Source: Protoeuglena noctilucae (lineage: Eukaryota). From it: a stretch of 64,000 nt of DNA. The stretch lies in contig OY253668.1 of assembly GCA_958009085.1 (NCBI GenBank), positions 1,116,001 to 1,180,000 of the forward strand, in the 5' to 3' direction. Each line of letters opens with the position of its first letter. The stretch's first letter is position 1. The notes beneath the pieces are model-generated. The model did not search any database, was not told where the DNA came from, and saw nothing but the letters and a program-made list of their open reading frames with translations. The position numbers were made by a program, and so were the translations under genes. Below, piece after piece: positions 12,240 to 22,662 of the stretch.

Positions 12240-14281
12240 TCATAAGTCCCCAGACTTGAGGGACCACAGGGACCCTCGGCTCTGGCAGACCGACCGCAGC
12301 ACGCGAGCGTAGAGGTTGTCGTCGACGTCCAGGCCCTCCAGCCTGGCTGACTCCATGACGTCCACCTTGCGCACCGAGTCCCTGCAAACGACACCCACCC
12401 TTGGCAGTCACGGGTGATCCAAACGAGACGAGGGGCACCGATACGTCCATGACAGGCTTGCAGGGACACCGAGGTGCCACTGCATCGCTGCAGCAGGCAG
12501 CGAGGTGCGCGTGGGGACCCGTGAGTGCCACCGCAGCCCACCTTTGCCTCAGCAGCCCAATGAGGATCTCCCGCAGCTTGTCTGCCTTGGGGTCCCCCAT
12601 CGTCGCCAGCATGAAGCGCTTGCCGATCGCCTTAACGGACGAGAGGCCCCCGATGGCTGCACACAGGGGCCGGGGCAGCGTACACTGGTGGGACCGTAGC
12701 TGCGATGGTGGTCGTGGCGTGGCGCGGCACGAGGCGATCGGGGCCTGTGTTGTGAGCGCATTCCAGGCATCACGCACCCTCCAAGAGAATCTTGTCCGAG
12801 ACTTGCGCGACGCGCGCGACGCCGTCCTCGTTCGAACCCTTGGCCAGCGCCCGCACGGCCACCAGGTTGACCACGTGCGCGCGCTTGAGGTGCCCGGTGA
12901 TGAGCCTCTCCAGCGCAGCCAGCTCGGCCCTGGAAAGAGGCTCGGCGTCCTCGGGTGCCTGCAGACAGCGACACACAGGGAACTCAGCCCCAGGGCGTGC
13001 TGCGTTGTTTGGCACAAAATCACTCGTCTAGCACCCTCGCGAAACGACCGCATCAAGCCCGTCGTGGGTGCCAGTGGCTCATTTGATTGGTTGGGCCCAA
13101 CAGCTGCTCGCTACGCACCGGCCCTGCCTGGGGTGGCCTCTCCTCCTCATCCGGGTCTCCCGTCACTGCAGGGAGGATCGTCTCCACGTAACGAGACGGG
13201 GCCATCGGCTCCACGACCGCCGAGTAGTTGCTCGTGGCGCACACCGTCTTGACGGCCTCCCGCACCATGGCCGTCTCTGGCAGATACACTTGCATCTGCT
13301 CCCATGGCTCGTCCCGCTCCTGCTGACTCAGATACGCGAACGAGCTCTCGCGGAGCTCCTGCTGACGCTCCGTCTCCCTCCTGAGCACCTGCCGAGTGCA
13401 AGGGCGCAGGGCACAGCGTCGCGGAGCCGCCGCGTTCCTCGCAGCGCAGGGCCACCGCCACCTTACACATGCACGCCCGGGTGCCACCCCGCGCCGCACC
13501 TTCACTCGGACGGGCTCCGCTTGCCCCGCGTCCGCCTCCGCCTCCGTTCCGTCCTCTTCCTTCATAGACGTCCCCTTGCTTGCAGCCTCCGCCTGTGCTT
13601 TGTCCAGTCGCGACATGTCCGGGCGCATCTGGTAGATCTGCGACGGCCGCCGAGGAAAGCAGGGTTGCTCGTCGGCACCCGCGGGAGGCTCTCGGTCGGC
13701 GCAGCGAGCGGGCGGCCGTGCCTTGTGGAGGGGCATCAGAAAGAAGCCGTCCGGGCGAAGGACCCCAAGTGACAGGGTCTCCGACGCCGTCGCCGTCGAC
13801 CGCATGCGCAGCGCAGGTACGCCGACCTCCTCGTTCCCCGCAAATTCGAGCTCCACACGGACCGCCTGCGACAGCCGCAGGTGCAAGAGGTTCGCTCGAG
13901 CCACTCTGGTCGAGAAGCCCCTATGTTCATGCTGCCGGGGGCCGCTGCGCGCGCTTGAAGGACACCTTGGGTTTCACTTGCATCGACGGAGCCTCATCTC
14001 GCAGATAGGGCCGCCAGGGAGGCCGGAGCGGGTACTGAAGGACGGCGACCTTGCCGCCTTGTCCAAAGGGCTCTGCGGGCACTCGTTCGAGGCACGATAT
14101 ACATTCGGAGCCACCACGGGGGTTCCAACAGATACTTAGATTACGAAGGATGGCCCAAGTCGCCAACCGGTTGCAGCGGCGCGTCAGGGGAGGCACGGTT
14201 CGCACCTGCCGCCACGTAGACCGGATGCTCCCTCACAACCCGCTTCCCTTTGCCAGGATCATCGCGATCGGTTTCCTGCAT
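12240..14281 (-). CDS. RPC5: RNA polymerase III subunit RPC5 (Sin/RPC37 family)
   Basis: Exon peptides MQETDRDDPGKGKRVVREHPVYV, VLQYPLRPPWRPY, FFLMPLHK|IYQMRPDMSRLD and RRETERQQELRESSFAYL..ERDEPW match hallmark RPC5 motifs. The 3' exons at 12240-13050 are less certain. Confidence 0.82.
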
Positions 14282-14665
14282 ATGAAAGAACGGTCCGAGC
14301 TTACTAAAATGGCAGGATATCTCCCATCGCCGGCTGAGTCGCTGCCGGCAGCTGCCGACAGAGCTCACCATCTCTCCTGAGCCGCAATCTCAACCGGCGT
14401 GCATGCTCGGAGGCGCCTGTTGATGAAATGAAGCTGTGGGGACGGCGGCACAGCCCAGGGACTCCACTGTCTTTAGCAGACACAGAACAGCACTTTCTCG
14501 CTGAGCGCCCTAGCTACTGGACCGTGTGAGCTGTTCTATGGGACCTTGCATAACTGGAGAACACGTGAGGGAATTCAACAGGAGAAGGCCGAGGTGAGAA
14601 ACCTGCGCCAGTGGCAGGGTCAGAAACCCTCTGAGCCAGAGAGCCTCGACCCAAGGCAGCCTCCC

Positions 14666-16567
14666 TCACGCCTTCCCAGCGCTGAGGCCGACGTGGCAGT
14701 AGACGCTCGTGAAGCCCATCATCCCAGACGGCTCAATCTTGCCCGTCTCGTAGATGGTGGGAGCCGGCCCGAACTCTCCCAGCGAGAAGATGCCCGTGAA
14801 ACTGACGTCGGGGCGCGCCTCCGCGACGATGCGGCTCTCCACGCCCATCTCCCCGTACAGCGACTCGCCCCGCCCGTTGCAGATGAACGCCAGCAGCCCC
14901 TCTGCGCTCGTCGGCCCAAGGTAGCCCTCCGGCGCAATGCCGCCCGGCGTCTGGGCCGCGCGCGGCAGGCCGGCGGCCATCTCCGCCACTAGATCCCGGT
15001 TCGTCTGCGGCGTCGATGCCACGAACTGGATCACGTCGCCCTTTGAGACGGTGCCCTTCGGCCGCGCCACCACCAGCCAGCCTTCCTCCTCAACGATGCG
15101 GAAGGGGTAGATCTCCGCGTCTGCCGTGCGGCCCTCGGGACCGGGCATCACGGCCACGTGTACGTCGACGGCGCCGCCCACATCCTCGGCAGCGCTCTCG
15201 ACTGCGAGGGAGGCGAGGGTAGGCCATGTGGCTGCTGAGGTGGCCTGGTGTCGTCCAGGGTCGCGGGGGGCATTGCAATTGCGCCCCTCACTCAGCTCCT
15301 TGATTTCATCGTCGACCAGGCCCACGATGGGCAGCTCGGGGCCCCCGCCCTCTCTCTGCAGCGTGGACACGATGCTCATTACCATGTCGCCCCTCCCTGG
15401 AACCGGCTCCTGAGCGCTGTACGCCTCCTTGACGACGTACCGGTCTCCGATGGGCCGGGCCCCCTTGATGGAGACGGGCGTGGTTTGGAGGCCTGGCCCG
15501 TGCAGTACAAGGGCCACGTAGCCGAACTTGGTTGTTATAAAGGACCGCGGCTGCTTCCCGAGAGCCGGCCCGGCCGCCAAGAAGCTGTCCGTGGCGCGCT
15601 CGCTGTGGCTGCTGATGCCGCCCACCGCTCCGCGGAGGACGTGCCCCCCTCCAAGCCGCCACGCGAGCGCCGGCAACAGGTGCCGCAGCATGACGGGGTG
15701 ATCGCCGAGAATGATGACTTGCACGGGAGTGGTCGGGGACACCGGCGACCGCAGGGGTGCTGCAGGGGCAGGAGAAGCGCACAATTTACGGAGTCACTTG
15801 GGCGTCACGTGGCACGGTGCCATGCAATGTCCAGGGTGCGCGTCATGACCGCACCCGTCAGCTCCTGCGGACCATCGCGCGGTTCACGCGGGCACACGAA
15901 GACACTGCAGTTGACCGAGTCGCCCAGCGCGACCAATGACAGTGCCACGCAGGCGCAATTCTTCGAAGGGTCGCGCTCCACAAAGCGAGGCGGCGCTCCG
16001 CCCTTGTCCTCCCCACCCTCATCCTCATCCTCATCGCCCTCCGGCTCACTGGGGTCCGCCGGGGCCGGGCCGATGACGCCGACGGAGCAGCACCCGACCA
16101 CGACGGTCGAGGGGGGCAGCCGCCGCGCCAGCTCCCGCCCCAGATGGGCCAGGGGGCTGCATGACACGGTGGGGGTCGCGCAGCTCGCAGATGTCGACGA
16201 CTGCTCACCTCCTGTGCATGACTGAAGTTCGCACAACGTACCTGTTGTCCTCGTCCTCTGATTCAAGGTCCTTGGTAAAGAACAGGGCGAAGCTCGGGCG
16301 CTGAGGCATTTGCACATCCCGCAGCAGCTTCTCCACGACATCGGAGCAAGCAGACTCGGAGAAATCCTCAGCATCCGACCGGGGGACGTCGCGCGTCGCG
16401 GACTTCCACGCGGGGAGGCGGTTGGCTGCCGTCTGGAACGCACGCATCGACCGGCAGGCGCACGCGGCGCGAGCCAGGTCGCGAAAGGGGACCAGCGACA
16501 GGATGTGGCCCCGGACCCCATCCGGCAGGGCGTGCCACAAGTCCACGTCCTCCGAGGGCTCGCTCAT
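14666..16567 (-). CDS. F-box protein with FIST N/C domains (FBXO22-like architecture)
   Basis: N-terminal F-box LWHALPDGVRGHILSLVPFRDLARAACACR; FIST-N-like VVGCCSVGVIG; FIST-C motif GLLAFICNGRG...FTGIFSLGEFGP. Confidence 0.85.
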
Positions 16568-16935
16568 CGTGCCGAAGATGCTGCGGAGTCCCAGCTAAGT
16601 CAGGCAGCACAGATTCCTGCCCCGGATTCGCCCACGTTACTCAGCTTCACGTTCTTTGTTTTCGGCCAATGAGGGCTCGGGGCAAAAGCGGCCCTGAACG
16701 CTCGATTTTTAGACTGGCGCGCGCACGTCAGTTCTTCCTGACCCACGGAGTCCCGGAACCCCCCAGTCAGCTACGCACTATCAGATTGCAGAGTCTGTGT
16801 CCGCCGGGGCGTGCTGTACCACCCGATCCCATCGAATCCTCGCAGCCGTCCTTCCCGTGGCCCGCCGGGCAGAAAGGCAGGGGACGGATCTCGCCGAGCC
16901 AGGGGTGTCCTCCTCTTTCGCCCAGCCGGCGCGCC

Positions 16936-18926
16936 ATGGCCTCAGGCGCCCGGCTGAAGAAGTTCTTGTTGCGGTACTACCCGCCCGGGGTCATCATGGA
17001 GTATGCGGATGCGGCGGGCCAGCTCCGGCAGGTGACCTCCCGCTGCGTCGAGGCGTCTTGTGTGCGCTTGCAGGAGCGGGCGGAGGCCCGGCGCCCGGCC
17101 CCTGCAACCGCGCGAGCGCAGCGTCCCCCTGCCTCCGCAGAAGACAATAGATTTGCTTGATTTGGACGCGACGGTGGACATCGACCTTTTGGTCACGGAG
17201 ATGATCAGCCGGGAGCCGTTGCTGAGCGAAAAGCGGCGGCCCGCGCTCAAGCAGATGGTCGAGCGGCTGGTGGACAAGCTGGGCGCGGACCCGTACAAGC
17301 GCTTTGGGCTCTTCAAGGTGCGCGGGCCCCGCGTCGCCGGGCGCGTTCCCAGCGACCGCGGAGAAGGTCCGAAAGAGCGCCGCCCGCGCGACCCCCGGTG
17401 CCTCCGCGCGCCCTCGCAGGTCCTCCGGGCGCACGTGCTGCCCCTGACCAACTGCGCCTTCAACAAGCAGGGGGACCGCTTCATCACGGGAAGTTACGAC
17501 CGAACGTGCAAGGTGTGGGACACGCAGACGGGGGACGAGCTGCACACGCTCGAGGGCCACAAGAACGTGGTGTACGCCATCACCTTCAACAACCCGTTCG
17601 GGGACAAGGTGGTCACGGGGTCCTTCGACAAGGCGAGTCGCGGATCGATCCTCAGCAATAGTCTTGTTGCGAACCACGGCGCACCTGGCGTTTCATGGAA
17701 AGTTGAGGCCCTCGCAGACGTGCAAGCTGTGGGACGCCTACACGGGGCAGCTGCACCACACCCTCCGGGGCCACAGCACGGAGATCGTGTGCGTGGCCAT
17801 CAATCCTCAGTCCACGGTCATCGCCACGGGGTCCATGGACAACACGGCGAAGCTCTGGGACGTGGAGCGCGGCGTGGAGATTGCGACGTTGCTAGGCCAC
17901 TCGGCAGAGATCGTGGCGCTGAGCTTCAACACGGAGGGCGGGTACATTCTCACGGGCAGCTTCGACCACACGTGCAAGGCGAGGCGGCGGAGGGGGCTTG
18001 GCGGTCGTCCGGCCTGCGCTGTGCTCGCGCTGTGCTTGCACGGGCTACAGTGCACCCGGCGCCCTCTTGCGCGCAGATCTGGGACGTGCGGGACCCCGCG
18101 CAGTGCGTGCGGGACCTCGTCGGGCACAAGGGCGAGGTGTCGGCGTGCCAGTTCAACTTTGCGGGGGACCTCTGCATCTCAGGCGAGCCCACGCCTGGAG
18201 CTGCGGACGCATGCGGTGCGCGCGGGCGCCCGGAGCTCAATGCTCCCCTGTCCGGCTTTGTCGCGCAGGCAGCGCGGACAGGGAGTGCCGCGTCTGGGAC
18301 GTCCGGTCAGGGCGGTGCCTGTCGATCAAGCGCGGCCACACTGACGAGGTGCTGGACGTCTGCTTCGACGCGTCGGGGTCGCGGTTTGTCACTGCAAGCG
18401 CCGACTGCACCGCACGCATCTACCGGTGACCTCTTGAGCCGTCGCCAGCCCGTGCGTGTGACCAAAACGGGGCTGCCGGGGCGCGAGCCAGCCGCGACCC
18501 CTCGCTCGCAGGACGGAGACGGGGCTGTGTGACTTTGTCTTGGAGGGCCACGAGGGCGAGATTTCCAAGGTTGCATTCAACCCCCAGGGCACCAAGGTCA
18601 TCACGGCGTCCAGTGACAACACGGCGCGGCTGTGGGACGTGGGAACGGGGGCAGAGCTGCAGGTGCGAGCGAGGGGGGGTTGGCACACGCCACAGCTTCA
18701 AGCTAGCTAGCCGAGGCCAGCTCTGGCACCCGTCAGTGCGGGGGCGCAAGGCCGTCAAGGCAAGGCAAGGCAGTGGCCGTCCGTGTGTGCCCCGCAGGTC
18801 TTGTCTGGCCACAGCGACGAGATCTTCTCGTGCGGATTCAACTACGAGGGCGACTTGATCTTGACGGGGTCCAAGGACAACACCTGCCGGGTGTGGCGGG
18901 CGGACGGCGGCCCCGGTGACGCGTGA
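16936..18926 (+). CDS. DAW1: Dynein assembly factor with WD repeats (ODA16/WDR69)
   Basis: [52 protein letters not shown] and repeated GH...WD units. 8 exons; introns starting at 17633, 17979 and 18183 are GC-AG. Confidence 0.95.
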
Positions 18927-18943
18927 CAGCGGCGACGCATGCG

Positions 18944-20101
18944 CTATGCCTTTGCGAGACCTGCCATCCCCGTCAGCGTGTCCCAAAGCCGCAAGACTCG
19001 GTCTTTGGAGTAGGCTGTGCCGGCCAGCCACAGGTGCTTGGACTCTGGCACGCGGTCTAGGTAGAAGGCCCCCTGCTGCAGCTCGCTTGCGCTTTGAAGC
19101 GCCAGGTACACGATGGTGTCGGCGCCTTCGGCCGGCGTTCTCATGCGCCCGCCTAGCTGCGCGTAGAAGCCCGGCATGGACGACCGCACGCCCGGCGTGT
19201 CGGTCCACCCGGGATGCATGCTGTAGAACGAAACCCGGCCGTCCGTTCCGTAGCGCCGCGCGAACTCCTCGCACAGCGCCACCTGCTGCCGCTTGTTCCT
19301 GCGAAGGGCATCAGAGGCACCGCCCGTCGCGGCGGAGTCGGCCGCCCCAGGGCTCACCCTGCCCTCATGCTCCGCCCACTCTCACGTACCGGGCGTACAC
19401 CTTCATGCCGTCAAACGGGCGCAGGTTGTCGGATTCCAGGTCGTCCACCTCCAGGCTCTCCGTCAGCATGCCGCCAGAGCTCACGAAGATGACGCAGCTC
19501 GGCGCCCCGCGCTCCAGGGCGGGCATCAGGAGGCGCGTGAGGGCGAACGTACCCAGCGTGTTGACGGCGAAGTTACTCTCGTGCCCCTCGTCGGTCAGAA
19601 CCCGCTGGTTCACCATAGCCCCCGCATTGTTGACGAGCACATTCACCCCGACGCCCTCGGCGTCCAAGCTGGCCGCGAGTTTGCGGACGCTGGAGAGGGA
19701 AGCCACGTCGCAAACCCGGAGCGACAGACGCGAGTCGTCCTCCAGGCCCGCATCCGCGACCAGCTGGCGAATCGCCTCGCGGCCTTTCCGCTCGTCGCGC
19801 ACCACGAGGACCACGCGCGCGCCCTCGCGGAGAAGGCCTAGGGACGCCGCGTATCCGATGCCCGAGTTGGCGCCAGTGACCAAGCAGGTCTTGCCGCGCA
19901 AATTGTCCTTGCCAAACAGCGACTGCAAGCGTCGGAGATCAACCCACGCTTGCGACCCCCAGCCGTCCATGGAAATGCGTTTTTTTGCATGATGGAGCCC
20001 CGCACCTGATCGAAGGCCTTTGCGTGACTCTCGTAGCCCCCGTGAGTGTAGTGCCGGAGCCCACGAACAAGGAACTGGACGCTCTTGACCAGTCCGAGCA
20101 T
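18944..20101 (-). CDS. Short-chain dehydrogenase/reductase, DHRS12-like
   Basis: GLRHYTHGGYE N-terminus, TGANSGIG Rossmann motif, LVNNAG, VSSGGM, YARNKRQQ (YxxxK across an intron), SMHPGWTDTPGV. 3 exons. Confidence 0.9.
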
Positions 20102-20167
20102 CGCGCTCGAGGCCCGAAGGGACAGGCGGACGGCAAGAGGTCGCAGTCTTGGCCGCACGTCTATATG

Positions 20168-21763
20168 CTACCCCAAACCTCCCTCGGAGCTCACGCCATC
20201 CCACCCTATCCCATCCACATCGTTTCCGCGATGATTGGGCGGAACGTCATCTCCCGGGCCCGCGCGCCACCAGGGCAATCGTGCCTGAAACCGTACCCGC
20301 CCGTCGCCCGCCTCGCCGAAGATCCCCGCGTTGCTGCGCACGTCCAGCATGGACGCCTGGAGTGCAATTGCATCGCTGTCACGAAGCTCGACCAGGGACT
20401 CGGACGGCGCGACCCGAAGGAGCGTCGCGTACATCGTGTCCCCCAGCAGCGGCAGCCCCACGGCAGCCATCTGGGCGCGGATCTGGTGCGTGCGCCCCGT
20501 AATGAGCTCGATGGACGTCTCCCATGCCTCGTGGCCCCACATCGCCCGCGCCTCTCCGCCCAGGCGGACGCGCTTCGACTCGTGCACCACCAGCCGGCAG
20601 TCCTTGGCGCCATCGGTGCCCTCCGGTACGATCCTGCGAAAGTGGAGGCCTGCACTCGCGCCCATGCACACCATCACCTACTTCTTGGCTCACCCCGCCA
20701 CTGCTCACCGGGTGAACACGGGCAGCCCCGGCAGGCGAAATCCCACGATGCCCCAATGCGTCAGCGGCCCGAGAGGCGCGGGGTGCTCCGTCAGGCATCG
20801 GTAGTGCTTGGTTATCGTGCCCGTCCGACCCTGCAATACGTTGTTGACGGCCGCGGCGCCCTTGGACCCCCGGCCGAGGAGCAGCACCCCCTCGGTGCCC
20901 CTGTCGAGGCGGCTGGTCACGCAGAGGGGCTCTCCTCGCCGCCCGAGGGCGTCCCACACGCACCACAGCACGCTCTCGCGGACCTGGTCGACCGTGCTGA
21001 CGACTTGGACGCCCCGCGGCTTGTCCACCGCCACCCACAGGTCGCCCTCTGCAATCACCCGCGACGCCCAGTCGGTGGAGAACGCGGCCGGGAAGCGCTT
21101 GGGGTGCAGATGCGCGCGCACGTACCCGCCCTCGCGCACCGCGAACCGCTCCAGCATCCGTCGAGGCGTCTGCGGGCGCGACCAGGGTCCACGTGTCTCT
21201 GCCATGCCCAGGTTCCTTAAGAAGGCAGAGCCAAAGACAACTTGACGTCGTCGAGACCCTGACACCTCCCCCTGGCGGAGCACCTGGAGCTTGGTGTCCG
21301 CGCCAAGGTCAGCAATGGCGGCGGCACGCCGCTCCAAAAGCCGACTCAGGTGCTCCTCGGAGTTCCGAGCCGCGTAGTCTGTCGGTGGCGCGGGCTGCAC
21401 GGGGCAGTAATACACCGCACCCATCCAGACCAAACATTCCAGGAACTCCCGTGGAAGCCACAGCGCCTCCTGCAGCACCTCCAAGGCCTGCCCGTCCCTG
21501 TGGCACACCAGGTGCTCCACTCGCGGCCCCATGAGAGTGGGGCGGCAAGGGATGTCGACGGCTCCCCCGGCCAACGTTGCCGCGTTCGCCTGCCGCAGCC
21601 CCGCCAGCTCCTCCCGAGAACGCCCCAGCTTGTCCTCCGATGTCATCCTCTCCAAGTCGGGAAGCTCGTGCGCAAGTTGAGGCGCAAGGCTCCGCGAAGA
21701 CATGGTGCGGAACCGTGAGAAGAGCCGGCAAGGCACCGTACCGCCGAGACCCCGGGCTACCAT
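20168..21763 (-). CDS. RluA/RluD-family RNA pseudouridine synthase, probably organelle-targeted
   Basis: VDKPRG, SRLDRGTEG (catalytic Asp), TKHYRCL, LITGRTHQIRAQMAAVGLPLLGDTMY; Arg/Ser-rich N-terminal extension. Confidence 0.9.
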
Positions 21764-21991
21764 AGCCCTCCAGCGCTTTCGCTAGCAGCCCCCGACGTCA
21801 ACTAGCCATTTCCCGACGCAGCGCTGCCGTTTGTGCGAGAATGGCACCCTGTCAGAGATGTGCAGCCCGTCAGGGCCGCGTTTTGCCGGAGATGCCGATC
21901 TTTCTCCGTGGCCCAGCATCGCCAGAGCTGCAGAGCGACAAGCAGCACCACGAGTCGAGGGAGCTGTCGTTCAGCAGCCTTTCTAAACAGC

Positions 21992-22535
21992 ATGCCACCG
22001 CGGGGAAGGGCGACGCAGTGCTTGTCGTGCATTCTGGAGGCCCTCGTCGGCCACACGGTCTTTGTCGAACTCAAAAATGACATCGTCATCAAGGCGAGCC
22101 CGTTTGGGGAACGAGGTCTTCAGTCTCTGCTGCGCTGCAGCGCGGGTGTGCAACGGCCCGGCTTTGACGCTCCACAGGGGAAGCTGGCCGAGGCGGACCC
22201 GCACATGAACATGCGAGTGACAGACGCGCAGATCAAGCGGCTCGACGGCAGCGCGAGAAGCGTCGAGGAGGTGTTTGTGCAGGGCGTGAACGTGAGATAC
22301 GTTCACCTGCCTCCCAAGGTGACTGAGTCGAGCCCCGCCGCCGGCCCAGTCGCCGACGGAACCCTCGCGTCCTGTCTGAGCTCGCTCCCGGAACCCACAG
22401 GTCGACGTGTCGAGGAGAGTGGAGGAGCACAGGGCCTCAATCGCAGCGCAGCACCGCCAGATGCGGACGATGCAGAACATGCGGTCGCAACAGGAGGCGG
22501 AGGCGAGGAGGGCGCGGGAGAGGGACCCACCGTGA
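21992..22535 (+). CDS. Sm-like protein, SmD1/LSm10-type (candidate U7 snRNP LSm10)
   Basis: Exons 21992-22093, 22178-22318 and 22401-22535 give CLSCILEALVGHTVFVELKNDIVIK|GKLAEADPHMNM...VFVQGVNVRYVHLP (Sm1/Sm2 motifs). It lacks the RG tail of SmD1. Confidence 0.75.
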
Positions 22536-22662
22536 GGCGTTCTGTCTTCCGACTTCAACCTGACTGCCACGACACAAAAAGCTGGCTGGCGCGAGGTGCG
22601 GGTCAAGATGCGCTGCGAGCGTTGGCACCCAGCCCCGGACAAAACGCACACGGCAGGCCCCT

